From the IMG/VR virus record IMGVR_UViG_3300020172_002590, positions 17,458 to 81,457 of that record: a DNA stretch of 64,000 bases; one strand, 5' to 3'. The notes below the pieces were generated by a model. The model had not been told where the DNA came from and did no database searches. It saw only the letters and a list, made by a program, of their open reading frames with translations. The position numbers were made by a program, and so were the translations under genes. Each line of letters begins with the position of its first letter. The stretch's first letter is position 1. This DNA is from a virus (lineage: Duplodnaviria; Caudoviricetes). This document shows, one piece after another, positions 16,915 through 27,042 of the stretch.

Positions 16915-17604
16915 TTAATCCTCAAATAAATTTAATTGATTAGGGTTATATTGTCTTGTAGGAATTGGCTCAAGATTATTACGTTCAATAAACTCAGTCC
17001 AACCCCCAATGTTTTCTTTGTTCCAATATTTAATGTTATAGACAGCCATTAAAATATCTTCATCTTCTGGATAAAGTCCAGCATCTGGAGATAGCTCCAC
17101 ATTCATATTCATCGCTAATTCGTTATAGATAAAATCAGCCCAATTAGAATCAGAAGTATCAATTAAATCTAAAAGATAACTTGGTAGTTCCTTTATGGAT
17201 TCAATTACACTTTCATATTCTTTGTTAAAGTAATCACCTTCATCAGCAACTGAATACTCCATCAATCTTTCTTGCCATTCCATAGCAGCAATAAAAGCAG
17301 GACTAATATTGCTTTCTGTAACGTCACTTTCTGATAAAAGAATACGACAAACTAAACGATCAATTGAACCTACAACCCAATGCTTATATGTTTCAATTCT
17401 AAAATCACCAGGAAATCTTTCCATTAAATCTTTACTGATAACTTCAAAGTTTGACTTTTCAAGAATACTTTGAGCAGTATCATCAATTCCAGAAAAACCC
17501 CAAGTTTTAAACATATCTTCAGACCCCCAATAACCAAAATCTTCTGGTTTTTTCAAAGCCATAGTCGCAAGTTCTTCAATGCTGTAATGCGAAATATCAA
17601 TCAT
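16915..17604 (-). CDS. Hypothetical acidic phage protein
   Basis: LEKSNF...HWVVG...EYSVADE motifs. Confidence 0.8.
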   Translation of the reverse strand: MIDISHYSIEELATMALKKPEDFGYWGSEDMFKTWGFSGIDDTAQSILEKSNFEVISKDLMERFPGDFRIETYKHWVVGSIDRLVCRILLSESDVTESNISPAFIAAMEWQERLMEYSVADEGDYFNKEYESVIESIKELPSYLLDLIDTSDSNWADFIYNELAMNMNVELSPDAGLYPEDEDILMAVYNIKYWNKENIGGWTEFIERNNLEPIPTRQYNPNQLNLFED

Positions 17605-18007
17605 TTTGTTTTTCCAATTCTTTCAATGCTTCTTCATCCCAATTTGAAGGAATAGACTTATCAATTACATAAACATATTCGTCAGCAATAGGATCATCCA
17701 TATCCCAATACATACAAACTTCGCCATATGAACCAAATTCGTGACTAAACCACTTAACTTTAAATCTAATTCCTTTTTCTTCTGCTTCAGGAAAACTTCT
17801 ATTTAACTGATCAATAAAAGCATCCATTTCTTTTTTAGCAAGTTCGCGGTAATTATAAGTACCAACTTGAGCACAATCTTCATCATAAGGCGTTGAGCCA
17901 ATTTCAATATATTCAATATTCATTTTAAATACCTTTCTTCTTAAACATTTTTTTGATTTTGTAATTACGATAATAACGCTTATAATAAGCTGACCATTTA
18001 TTATCAA
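17597..18007 (-). CDS. Hypothetical phage protein
   Basis: IGSTPYDEDCAQVG...HEFGSYGEV; start probably near 17923. Confidence 0.8.
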   Translation of the reverse strand: MIINGQLIISVIIVITKSKKCLRRKVFKMNIEYIEIGSTPYDEDCAQVGTYNYRELAKKEMDAFIDQLNRSFPEAEEKGIRFKVKWFSHEFGSYGEVCMYWDMDDPIADEYVYVIDKSIPSNWDEEALKELEKQND

Positions 18008-18158
18008 GCTTTTCTACAACGCTTGTGTAGTCTTTAATATAAAGATCATTTTCACGAAAAGCGCGATCTTCAAGATAATCAAGAGCTTCAATAATTAACT
18101 CAAGTTCAGGTTTAGTAAAAGAAACTTTAATACTTCTCACTTTACATATACCTTTCAT
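17925..18158 (-). CDS. Hypothetical protein
   Basis: ORF in the array. Confidence 0.65.
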   Translation of the reverse strand: MKGICKVRSIKVSFTKPELELIIEALDYLEDRAFRENDLYIKDYTSVVEKLDNKWSAYYKRYYRNYKIKKMFKKKGI

Positions 18159-18263
18159 TGTAAGCTTTTACTACTTCTTGTTCCATACACTGAGTACAGA
18201 CTGAATCATCAGGCAATTCTTCATAAACAGCTTCACAGTTTTTACAAATATACATTGCTACCT

Positions 18264-18569
18264 CTATTCGTATTTTGTTTCAATACAATGAACACAAGGC
18301 TGACCTTGTTCCATTTCTTCACATTCACACTCATCTTCATCAATAGTAAGAAACATTTCTTCCCAACAATTTGGATGAGTTCCTGAAATCATAACTTCTC
18401 GAATTTCTTTTGGCAAAAAAGGAAAGACATCTTGAATGTATTCATTATTCAGAATCAGTCTTTGATATTCATCAAAAGACAAACAAAATTCACTTTCTTC
18501 TCCGCAATGAAAACACTTTCTGGTAAAACCATAAGCATTTTCATTAATCATATAAATATTTGCTCTCAT
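18264..18569 (-). CDS. Hypothetical Zn-binding phage protein
   Basis: CFHC...IQDVFPFL...RE..ISGTHPNCW. Confidence 0.8.
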   Translation of the reverse strand: MRANIYMINENAYGFTRKCFHCGEESEFCLSFDEYQRLILNNEYIQDVFPFLPKEIREVMISGTHPNCWEEMFLTIDEDECECEEMEQGQPCVHCIETKYE

Positions 18570-18570
18570 T

Positions 18571-18879
18571 TTAATTGTTCCTTTCAGGATAAATAGTTAA
18601 TAATGCTTGATACCTTTTTACAAAAGTTGGATTTTCCCAAGCCAAAGAACCATATTTTGCGCTAGGCAAATCTGGAAGTTCTTCGCGATTAATATGGATT
18701 GACATTCCATTAATAAAAATGGAAAGCCTATAACCAAGATAAGAAGCAAAGTCTTCTAAAGCTTCTTCAATTGTTTGGAAATATTTAATTTCTCCATATT
18801 GATTTCGAGTTGAATAATTAGTTTCTTCTTGAAACATCATTTCATCATCATTCATTTTCATCTTCCATTTCATAATCAC
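18571..18879 (-). CDS. Hypothetical protein
   Basis: ORF in the array. Confidence 0.7.
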   Translation of the reverse strand: MIMKWKMKMNDDEMMFQEETNYSTRNQYGEIKYFQTIEEALEDFASYLGYRLSIFINGMSIHINREELPDLPSAKYGSLAWENPTFVKRYQALLTIYPERNN

Positions 18880-19105
18880 TGTTTACATCTTCATTGACCA
18901 TAACGATTCTTTCTTTCATTTTTTCTTGAATGCAATCATCACAAATCCAAATTTTCATATGAGATAAGTCAAAAATAGAACCATAAGAACCATAAATGTC
19001 AATTTCAATGGCACCTTCAACTAATACAAAATCAGTTTTTATGTTGTTAGTTTGCATATAACTAATTTGTTTTCCACAAGAAAAACAAGGACAGGGTGTA
19101 TACAT
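18848..19105 (-). CDS. Hypothetical Zn-binding protein
   Basis: CFSC...GSYGSIFD...ICDDC. Confidence 0.75.
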   Translation of the reverse strand: MYTPCPCFSCGKQISYMQTNNIKTDFVLVEGAIEIDIYGSYGSIFDLSHMKIWICDDCIQEKMKERIVMVNEDVNSDYEMEDENE

Positions 19106-19473
19106 TATCTCATCTCCAAAAATTGAGGGTATTTCTTATAAAACAAAAATGTTTTGATCTGGTAATTAACCATTTGATGAACATAGTTAGATGCAAGATG
19201 AATTCTTAACTCATCTCCCATCTCGGTTTTACTACCAAGATTTTTCATAACTTGATCTTTAACTCTTGAATGGAAAAAACATTCGCGTCCTTTCTTAATT
19301 TCAAAAGTATTGATCACTTTAACTATCTCTCTACCAATTTTTTTATTAGTAGCAACATCATCAGTGCCATAATCAGCATTGATAAATATTTTTTTCTCTA
19401 CGTCATTTATAGAAAAGCTAACCATTTCTTCAGTCTTCATTTTTTTCACTCCTATATTCGTAAATACATTCAA
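19105..19473 (-). CDS. Hypothetical protein
   Basis: ORF in the array. Confidence 0.7.
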   Translation of the reverse strand: MNVFTNIGVKKMKTEEMVSFSINDVEKKIFINADYGTDDVATNKKIGREIVKVINTFEIKKGRECFFHSRVKDQVMKNLGSKTEMGDELRIHLASNYVHQMVNYQIKTFLFYKKYPQFLEMR

Positions 19474-19532
19474 TAACGGCTACATAACCGAAACAAATAA
19501 AAGGTGTCATTGCGACACCAAATATCAACCAA

Positions 19533-19739
19533 TCAATCATTTTGCAAATCCTTTCCAGATTCAACATTTTTTGTTTTTTGCATTCCGCAACCTTTTGGGC
19601 AATCAGTAAGCTGCCCCTTTTTCAATTGGAAAAACCTCATTGGTAATCCAGTTTCTATCTTATGTTCACAGAATAAAACTTGAATTGCTTCAAATCTACC
19701 CGGAATGTTTTTATTCATTTTGATCTCCATATCCATCAA
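19533..19739 (-). CDS. Small hypothetical protein
   Basis: CEH...CPKGC. Confidence 0.65.
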   Translation of the reverse strand: MMDMEIKMNKNIPGRFEAIQVLFCEHKIETGLPMRFFQLKKGQLTDCPKGCGMQKTKNVESGKDLQND

Positions 19740-19953
19740 TAATGTCTGCTCTTGTATTTAGACTTTTAAGTTCATCTTTCCGAACCCAAAAGTAATTGCA
19801 TTTATGTAGTAAAGCCGGGGTATAAACCTTACGAAATTCTCTTTCTCTTTCGTCAAGTCCCATACGATTACATTTTTCTTCTAAACAATAATCGTAACCA
19901 GCTTCAAATCTTTCTTCAATAAATTCTTGTTCACAAAATTTACAAATTGCCAT
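19711..19953 (-). CDS. DksA/TraR-like C4 Zn-finger protein
   Basis: CKFC..F.EER.EAGYDYCL..C pattern. Confidence 0.55.
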   Translation of the reverse strand: MAICKFCEQEFIEERFEAGYDYCLEEKCNRMGLDEREREFRKVYTPALLHKCNYFWVRKDELKSLNTRADIIDGYGDQNE

Positions 19954-20101
19954 CGATTGTTTCTTTCTGTTTTTTTGCTATGTCAAATAACACATTTATC
20001 AACTTTTTCATTTCATCATTTTTCTTTTGAAGAAGCTTAATTCTTTTTTCTAAGTCTTCTATCATCATTTTAAAAATGACTTCATCTGTATTTGTATTCA
20101 T

Positions 20102-20401
20102 TTATATACCTTCAATAATTAAAGTAATTTTTTTCTTATCTTTTGACCAACGATGATGTACTTCTATGTTGTTATACAAACAAGATTTTTTAACAGCTTT
20201 AAGAATTAATTTTCTATCTTCTTCTTTTGTTCCGTCAATTTCAATGTCAATCTTTTCTCCAACTCGCATAGTTGAAATCTTTTTATGAAACATTTTTTCA
20301 AGTTCTGTTACAAACTTTAGACCAACTTTTTTGTGGTTATAAGCTTCAACTTTGTTTACTTTTTCTATCATTTTTATTCTTTCTTTTTTGTGCCTACTCA
20401 A
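20102..20401 (-). CDS. Basic putative DNA-binding protein
   Basis: Lys-rich; weak similarity to 23030-23440. Confidence 0.65.
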   Translation of the reverse strand: MSRHKKERIKMIEKVNKVEAYNHKKVGLKFVTELEKMFHKKISTMRVGEKIDIEIDGTKEEDRKLILKAVKKSCLYNNIEVHHRWSKDKKKITLIIEGI

Positions 20402-20403
20402 TG

Positions 20404-20433
20404 AAAAATGGGATAGTAAACACTATCCCATTT
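20404..20433 (-). terminator. Intrinsic terminator
   Basis: AAATGGGATAGT-GTTT-ACTATCCCATTTTT. Confidence 0.75.
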
Positions 20434-20470
20434 CCCATCTTTTTCTTATCTTTATGACGTAAGTAATTAC

Positions 20471-20884
20471 TTACTCAGAATCAATTGCTGTATACAGTTC
20501 TTCAACATTTTGATAATGAGGAAGAATAACAATTTCACAATCACCATAATCAAGTTGACGAATTGTGTAATTATCTTGCGTAATCAAAACTTGAAGCATT
20601 TCTAATTGGTAAATGCGTAACTCATCTCTATGTTCTTTACTCAATCTTGCAGCATAATCATAATGCTCAATATTGATCAAACGCAAATTCTTAATACTTT
20701 TACGAATTTCCATTCGAGCAAAAATCATAAGTATTTCTGAACCAGCATCATTACCCCAATAAGTTCTATCTTCCAAAGGAGTATCAAAAATAGAAGGTGT
20801 TTTTTCTACTTTTTCTCCACCAAAACCTCTTGATGGAACAATTTCACTTTCGTCAATAAATTCAAATTCCATTACTTCATCCAA
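20471..20884 (-). CDS. Hypothetical protein
   Basis: 137 aa ORF. Confidence 0.75.
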   Translation of the reverse strand: MDEVMEFEFIDESEIVPSRGFGGEKVEKTPSIFDTPLEDRTYWGNDAGSEILMIFARMEIRKSIKNLRLINIEHYDYAARLSKEHRDELRIYQLEMLQVLITQDNYTIRQLDYGDCEIVILPHYQNVEELYTAIDSE

Positions 20885-21291
20885 TCTTTGTTGTAACCAT
20901 TAATTTCTGAATAATCTCTACCATCAACAATCAGCTTATCGCCATTTTTTGAATAGTAGTAAAACAAACCATTTTCAAATTCAATATTCATTTCTTGTTT
21001 GAGTTTCTGAATAGCAATCAAAACACTACTCTTTAATCCTTCATCAATTATTGAATCAATAAAACACATTGTTCTAATCTGTGTATCAAGATTTTTCGTA
21101 AGAATTCTTACAATATCAAATCTTGCTACATTCATTTTGTCATTATGAACAATTACTTTTTCATTTGCCAAAATACGAAGCTTTTGCTCAAACTCATTCG
21201 CACGATTTTTCCAATACTGAATGTCATCATTATTGCTCATTTTGTTCTTCCTTTTTATTGTTGAAATATTCATTGACGCTAAGATTAGCAC
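20872..21291 (-). CDS. Hypothetical protein
   Basis: ORF; start probably near 21240. Confidence 0.75.
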   Translation of the reverse strand: MLILASMNISTIKRKNKMSNNDDIQYWKNRANEFEQKLRILANEKVIVHNDKMNVARFDIVRILTKNLDTQIRTMCFIDSIIDEGLKSSVLIAIQKLKQEMNIEFENGLFYYYSKNGDKLIVDGRDYSEINGYNKDWMK

Positions 21292-21751
21292 GTTCTAAAA
21301 TCTCGTCAATAGTCAAACCGTTAGGGTTAGTCTTACCTTTAGGTAAAACAAATTCTTCAGGAAAAGCACCAGCAGAAGTTACAGTTGATGTAATATCAAT
21401 ACTTTCATCATTACTTACTTTTGCAGCAGTATGTATTTGTCCACTTGTAAGTGAACGCATACCTGAACGCCTAACTCGCATTTGACGATTACGCAATACC
21501 TTATCTGTACCGTCAGGATAAACAATAGCAGGTCTATTTTCTAACTTGCGGCGATAGTTATTCATAAAACGCATAGCAGAACCTGAATCAATTTTTCTAC
21601 CTGTATCTGTTACAAATACATATCTAACAGCCATATTTTCTGTAATCTTGATGTAATCCACAATCTTACCGAAATCTTTTACGCCATTAGATAATTGAGT
21701 GCCAAGCATAGCGATAACCTTATCTTGATACTCATCTAATTCTGAACCCAT
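21230..21751 (-). CDS. Hypothetical protein, first gene of the early operon
   Basis: GAGG RBS downstream of the promoter at about 21830. Confidence 0.8.
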   Translation of the reverse strand: MGSELDEYQDKVIAMLGTQLSNGVKDFGKIVDYIKITENMAVRYVFVTDTGRKIDSGSAMRFMNNYRRKLENRPAIVYPDGTDKVLRNRQMRVRRSGMRSLTSGQIHTAAKVSNDESIDITSTVTSAGAFPEEFVLPKGKTNPNGLTIDEILERANLSVNEYFNNKKEEQNEQ

Positions 21752-21821
21752 AAGTGAACCTCACTAATAATGTAATAAAATAACACGTACAAATCCTAAC
21801 CTATTTGTACGTCTATTTGTG

Positions 21822-21877
21822 CCATAAAGATAGTCTATCAGTTGGGAATTAGATTCACACGCTAGAAATTAGATTTC
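21822..21877 (-). promoter_or_regulatory. Putative early promoter: ATCTAA boxes plus TGnTAGACT
   Basis: Shares GAAATCTAATTTCTA and the ATCTAA-11nt-TAGnnT-ATCTnTATGG layout with 375-410. Confidence 0.65.
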
Positions 21878-22143
21878 TTTTATATTTCTTTTAGGTGAGA
21901 AAATGACGCGATCAATAGATCGGGATTGTATGTCGAGCAGCTTATTTATAATATTTTTAATTACATTAGCCAGGATCTAAAAAATCAGCTTATTGACGAT
22001 CTATATTGCCCGTGTAATTTTAGGCTATTTTCTCACCTAATTCACACCCTGCAATATTTTAGCAAATAATGCAAAAATTTTAATATATTTTTTTGGGCCT
22101 ACTACATTATTCTTATAAAACCCAAAAAAGTAAACACTTTGAC

Positions 22144-22962
22144 TTATTCTGCTGGCTTAGCATTATCTATAAGGAACTGCATAAGAGTTCCTGTGTATTT
22201 CATTCTACCTAGATGCGTAAGTTCAATAGTTGGGTCTGTCCAAATATCGCCATTCATCTTTTGCCAATAGCGACAGAAACCGTAATCCTCAGATAAGAAT
22301 CTATTATCTTCGTCTACATAAGAATTAAATAATGCATAAGAATAGTTTCTTTCCTCTTCATTAAGCAGCCCGGTATCATCATCATATTTTAATTCCGGAT
22401 ACTGAGCAAACATTTTCTCAAATGCGCTACGCTTAATCATCATAAAACCAGTGCCAGCATCATGAACAGAAATTGCACCATTTTCTACAACAATTTGATC
22501 ACTACCAAAACGAACTGGATTTACAACAAATCTTGTACTCAATGATAAAAGCCTATCTGGATCCACACCTTTTTCTACTGCTTTAGAAATTTTTTCCCAA
22601 TTTATATCCTTTATGGGATAAGCACCAGTTACAATTTCTTTATCGTGCCATAACATCTTCAAAATATCATCAGGGTTAAAACCTAAATCAACATCAATAA
22701 ATACCAAATGAGTAAACTCAGGATTAGCCATAAACTTAGCTACAAGTTGATTTCTAGCTCTTGAAATAAGAGAATCAGATAATGTACTAATAGAAAATTT
22801 TAATCCAATGTCTTTAAACCCAATTGCTGTCTTTATGAAGGACATAAAAAATGGTTCCGTAATTTGTTGATCATAACAAGGCAAAGCAAAAAATGGATGC
22901 CAACCTTTTATTTGATCAGAAGTAATTTCAATTTCTTGTTCTTGTGTTTGAATCATAAACAA
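22144..22962 (-). CDS. GT-A fold glycosyltransferase (family 2-like)
   Basis: SLISRARNQL...THLVFIDVD (DxD)...AGTGFMMI...LSEDYGFC. Confidence 0.88.
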   Translation of the reverse strand: MFMIQTQEQEIEITSDQIKGWHPFFALPCYDQQITEPFFMSFIKTAIGFKDIGLKFSISTLSDSLISRARNQLVAKFMANPEFTHLVFIDVDLGFNPDDILKMLWHDKEIVTGAYPIKDINWEKISKAVEKGVDPDRLLSLSTRFVVNPVRFGSDQIVVENGAISVHDAGTGFMMIKRSAFEKMFAQYPELKYDDDTGLLNEEERNYSYALFNSYVDEDNRFLSEDYGFCRYWQKMNGDIWTDPTIELTHLGRMKYTGTLMQFLIDNAKPAE

Positions 22963-22973
22963 AAGTATACACG

Positions 22974-23010
22974 AAAAAAACCCCCATGTGTTTCCACATG
23001 AGGGTCTTTT
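22974..23010 (-). terminator. Intrinsic terminator
   Basis: ACCCTCATGTG-GAAA-CACATGGGGGTTTTTTT. Confidence 0.8.
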
Positions 23011-23029
23011 CCTAAATATTTTTTAATAT

Positions 23030-23440
23030 TTACTTAGATGCTTTTGTCTTCTCTTTTGCAGTAACAGAAGGCACTGCATTTGCAGTAACAGAAGTCATTG
23101 CATTTGTGTCTTGTGTTGCCTTAAAGTAAAGCTTGCTATCATCTGCATCAAAGCGAATAACAATATTGAAACCCAACTTCTTAGCCTGAGCACGAATACG
23201 CTGCTGCATTGAATTATATGCCTTACCCTTTTCAATACCAGTAATGCAAAACTTTTCTCCAGTCTTTACAGACTCATTGAGTGCATCAATAATCATCTGC
23301 AATTCTTCAGACACTCTACCTGAGCGAGAGATTTCTGGAAAGTTTTCTACTTTTTGAATGCTAATGGACATTTTAATTTCCTTTGTTCTTGTTGTTTGTA
23401 AGTGTTGAAATGGTCTTTCCATTTCGTTGAATGTCATCAT
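23030..23440 (-). CDS. Putative DNA-binding protein
   Basis: Basic; AAGGA RBS suggests a start near 23371. Confidence 0.7.
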   Translation of the reverse strand: MMTFNEMERPFQHLQTTRTKEIKMSISIQKVENFPEISRSGRVSEELQMIIDALNESVKTGEKFCITGIEKGKAYNSMQQRIRAQAKKLGFNIVIRFDADDSKLYFKATQDTNAMTSVTANAVPSVTAKEKTKASK

Positions 23441-23515
23441 AACACCGCCTTTTTCACCGTGTCGGCAGTTTGCGTATCTTTTTTAAAAAAAGTTTTTGTA
23501 ACAATTATTTTGTGA

Positions 23516-23713
23516 TCAAAAGTCTTGAGCAATATTTTTAGACTTTACATCGTCAGTTTCTTCATAAGAAGAAATGATTTTTTGCAGCTTTTGCACAGCC
23601 AATTTGTTTACAGTAAGTTCAAAATTTAAACTACTAATTTGGCGATTCAATTCAGCAATAATTTCATCAACAGTAACTTGTCCGCTATCTTTATTTAGAC
23701 TAGATCTATCCAT
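23516..23713 (-). CDS. Small coiled-coil protein
   Basis: ORF coupled to the terminase gene. Confidence 0.7.
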   Translation of the reverse strand: MDRSSLNKDSGQVTVDEIIAELNRQISSLNFELTVNKLAVQKLQKIISSYEETDDVKSKNIAQDF

Positions 23714-25425
23714 CTCTCAGCCCCTCCAATCTCTTTCTTATCTGTATCTTCAAACATTTGAAGATCTCTATTATACATTTTTACAGAAGAGAATTCTTCA
23801 AATTCATCATCCATTTCAAATATAGGACTAGGTGCTAATACTTCAATTTCAACTTCTGAATCAATAGCAGCCATACTCATAGCATTAAAGACAGACCCGG
23901 CTAATGCATCAGCTAAGTCTTTAGAACCAGTAGCAGGGTGATCAATTTTGTTATTACCAAATAGCTTTAACTTTAATAATTCTTCTTCAACTAATAACTC
24001 ATTCCAATATCCGCGTAATCTTGTATCATACATACAGGACATTAAGGTGTCATAATCTGTTTTCTTAACGCTATGGAAATCTGAATTGATCCCCATACTT
24101 CTAAGGCTCTGAATCATTTCAATAGATTGCCAACGGTCAAATGTAACTAATCCAACATCAAATTTTCTATGTAGATCAACGATCATTTGTCTAATTGATG
24201 CAAAGTTAATTTCTGCACCAACTGAAGCTTCCCAAGAATAAACAAGATCAACATTAATAATAGGTAACTTTTCTACACCCATTGAAGTTTTTACTTCTTT
24301 AAATCCAGCACAATGCGACATACAAAGTGCAGCCCTATCTCGTTTCAAAGCCAAGTCAACATGAATAAATCTTGTATATCCATCTTTATTATTAAACCAG
24401 GGTTTAAACATTCCTTCTTCATCTACTGGGTCTTCTCTATACATAAATGCTTTTCTAACTAGATCAGCATCTCTAAAGTATGCGTCTTCCATATTAGGTG
24501 GTTCACATTCAAATCTAGCTCTAGCCTGAATAGGATTACGAATATATTCCGACTCTAATTGCTCTCTCTTAATCGTAGGATTAACTTCCCAAGTAGCAGC
24601 TTTCATTGACCAAGTTTTTGGTTCATTATTATTTCTAGAATCAAAATATCTTTGCTGAATAAAGTCACCTTTATAACGAGGGAAAGACAAAAGAATAACC
24701 TTACCGACTTCCGGGAAACGAGACATAACAGATAACTTACTCATATTATAAATCGCAGATGCAGAACCTTTTGATCTAGTTTCTCCCTTTAATTCAACAT
24801 CTGTTTTAAAAGCTGCAATTTCGTCAAGAATAATTGTCATAACTTCATAACCTTCCCAACCTTCACTTTCAGAGTGACCAGAGAAACATCTTACAGGTCT
24901 ACTAAAGAAAAATATTTCTGAAACTCTAGGTTCAAATCCTACTTCATTAAAAAATGGAGAACCAAGCAGTAAGTTTTTAAAAGGCTCAAAGAAAACTCTT
25001 TGTGCTTGCTGAGCGTTTACAGCTAAGTTAAGCAAGTCAATATATACACCATTTGCTTTACCATAATAACTTAAAGGATCTCGAAGACAATGCATAAGAT
25101 AAGCTGTATACGCCATTGAAATTCTTGCACAATGGTCTTTACCAGAACCTTTACCTAACATGCATATGACTTCATTATCTGTATACTTATCGTAATAAGC
25201 CGCACCTTCTTCTTCACCCATCAAATTCATTAACGTATGTTTTTTAAAAATTTGTGTAGAATGTCGTACAATCTCTAATTGAATAGGAGATAATGGTGGA
25301 AGCCCAAGATATTTCCTATCCTGAACAAATACTTCAATAGGAACAGGTTCTTGTACAAATTCTTCTTTCTTTAGCAATCTTTCAAAGTCTGCTAATTCTA
25401 AGTTCATACCGATGAAGTCAGACAT
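23695..25425 (-). CDS. terL: Terminase large subunit
   Basis: Walker A LGKGSGKD, Walker B ILDE, RNase H-like nuclease HVDLALKRD...FDRWQS...KDLADA. Confidence 0.92.
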   Translation of the reverse strand: MSDFIGMNLELADFERLLKKEEFVQEPVPIEVFVQDRKYLGLPPLSPIQLEIVRHSTQIFKKHTLMNLMGEEEGAAYYDKYTDNEVICMLGKGSGKDHCARISMAYTAYLMHCLRDPLSYYGKANGVYIDLLNLAVNAQQAQRVFFEPFKNLLLGSPFFNEVGFEPRVSEIFFFSRPVRCFSGHSESEGWEGYEVMTIILDEIAAFKTDVELKGETRSKGSASAIYNMSKLSVMSRFPEVGKVILLSFPRYKGDFIQQRYFDSRNNNEPKTWSMKAATWEVNPTIKREQLESEYIRNPIQARARFECEPPNMEDAYFRDADLVRKAFMYREDPVDEEGMFKPWFNNKDGYTRFIHVDLALKRDRAALCMSHCAGFKEVKTSMGVEKLPIINVDLVYSWEASVGAEINFASIRQMIVDLHRKFDVGLVTFDRWQSIEMIQSLRSMGINSDFHSVKKTDYDTLMSCMYDTRLRGYWNELLVEEELLKLKLFGNNKIDHPATGSKDLADALAGSVFNAMSMAAIDSEVEIEVLAPSPIFEMDDEFEEFSSVKMYNRDLQMFEDTDKKEIGGAERWIDLV

Positions 25426-26048
25426 TATTCTGCTCCTTTATGGGGCGAATTTTCCGTTTCAAATTGTGGAGTTTCTACAATCTCTGCTTCTTCTATAAAT
25501 TCTTCTTGCGTATTCATAATGTCAAAAGCAATAGAAAGCTCTCTACGGACTTCATCAGCAATCTCTGGGTATTTTGAAATAACATCTCTGAGAACTCTGG
25601 ATAGGATTTGATTAACATTCTCAGCCTTTTGCATTCGGGCAATGTAATCAGAATCGCCATTTGTCCCGCCCATAAGTTTATGCAATTGTGCTTTCTTATT
25701 AGCAATGTCTGCTGCCAATTTAAGAGCCTGAATTCTTGCTGGAACCATTCCATGATCAGTTGCTATGTTAACTGTCTCCCAAGCTTCCTTGCTTAATTGA
25801 TCAAACTCTTGAAGAGCTTTAATCGTATTAAATTGAATTCTCTCAAGGAAGTATGGGTCTTCCTCTGCTTGACGGTTGAGTATCTTTTTATACTCGTTTA
25901 TATAATCTTTCGCATCCGCTATCTTTATAGATAATAGCGTTGCTATTTCGTGATAAGAATAACCTTTAACATACAACTGGCCTGCATCTTCTATAGACCT
26001 TAATTTGTCAAAGATATTCTTGTCACCTATTGGTTCAATATTTGACAT
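25425..26048 (-). CDS. Probable terminase small subunit (HTH plus helical region)
   Basis: N-terminal HTH (KGYSYHEIATLL); TAATG-coupled upstream of TerL. Confidence 0.6.
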   Translation of the reverse strand: MSNIEPIGDKNIFDKLRSIEDAGQLYVKGYSYHEIATLLSIKIADAKDYINEYKKILNRQAEEDPYFLERIQFNTIKALQEFDQLSKEAWETVNIATDHGMVPARIQALKLAADIANKKAQLHKLMGGTNGDSDYIARMQKAENVNQILSRVLRDVISKYPEIADEVRRELSIAFDIMNTQEEFIEEAEIVETPQFETENSPHKGAE

Positions 26049-26084
26049 AATATATAGTTTATCATACTAATACAGAAATAAAAG

Positions 26085-26115
26085 CGAAAAGCCCCGCCGA
26101 AGCGAGGCAATTCAC
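26085..26115 (-). terminator. Putative terminator hairpin
   Basis: GCCTCGC-TTCG-GCGGGGCTTTT. Confidence 0.7.
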
Positions 26116-26277
26116 TATTTTTACTTATTAGTTAGAGACAACTCTGTAAATAGTAATCTTGTCGTTTTTTGCAAAAAGGACAAGTTGCTCTTGGACTTTT
26201 ATTGGTGAATTCATATTTCTATAATATCATATTCCGGATCGTTATTTTGTCGTTTGTTTTTGTTTGTATAAAAATTA

Positions 26278-27042
26278 TTATTCTTTCACAAAACCAAGTT
26301 GGTCGCCATCTTTTTCAGCAAAAGTGTGAAGAGTATCATAATCATAACCATGCATCTTAGTAAAAACTAATCTATAGTTATACCATCCTCTTACACCTTC
26401 CCAAAATTTTTGGTCTGTTTCCGCTGCTAGGTCTACCAATTCTTCACTCGTTAACAAGAATGTTAGAACTCCCAAAGGCATATAAACAACACTGTTATAT
26501 GTTGCATCTTTGTCACTTGCATATTCAGCAAGAAGGTCTTGGTATTGCTTAATAACTTTGACTACGCCTTCTCCAGAATAATAATCTACTTGTCCATGTG
26601 CATTTCTAATTCTTGGGCAGTAATCATCAACAGGGGTAATTGTTCCAAAAGTTCTGCAAACCATTGGTCTGTATCTGTAAATGGTACAACCACCTTTGTA
26701 AAATACACAATGACGATCTGTTTCGCCATTCATTTCCCAATTTGGATCATGCATTGCTTCTTTCAAATTAGCAATCGTTTCTTCCATCCAAACATTTGCT
26801 ACATCTTCACCTTCTGATTCCATTTTAAAATAAAAGTCTTGCGTGATGCGAAAAGCAATATTTGCACATTCAGCAAGCGGAATACGCAAGCCAATACGAC
26901 AGCACTTGCCAGAACCCAAGCACTTGTATTCTGTTGTGTTCTGTTTTGATTCAATCACTCTTACCTGATTGTAAACCATATCTAATTTTGAAAATGTGGA
27001 AATGTCTTTTGCTGACACACTCCTTCTCATTTCTTTTTTCAT
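26278..27042 (-). CDS. YkgJ/CxxCxxCC-family cysteine-cluster (Fe-S/Zn) protein
   Basis: KCLGSGKCC...HCVFYKGGCTIYRYRPMVCRTFG. Confidence 0.85.
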   Translation of the reverse strand: MKKEMRRSVSAKDISTFSKLDMVYNQVRVIESKQNTTEYKCLGSGKCCRIGLRIPLAECANIAFRITQDFYFKMESEGEDVANVWMEETIANLKEAMHDPNWEMNGETDRHCVFYKGGCTIYRYRPMVCRTFGTITPVDDYCPRIRNAHGQVDYYSGEGVVKVIKQYQDLLAEYASDKDATYNSVVYMPLGVLTFLLTSEELVDLAAETDQKFWEGVRGWYNYRLVFTKMHGYDYDTLHTFAEKDGDQLGFVKE

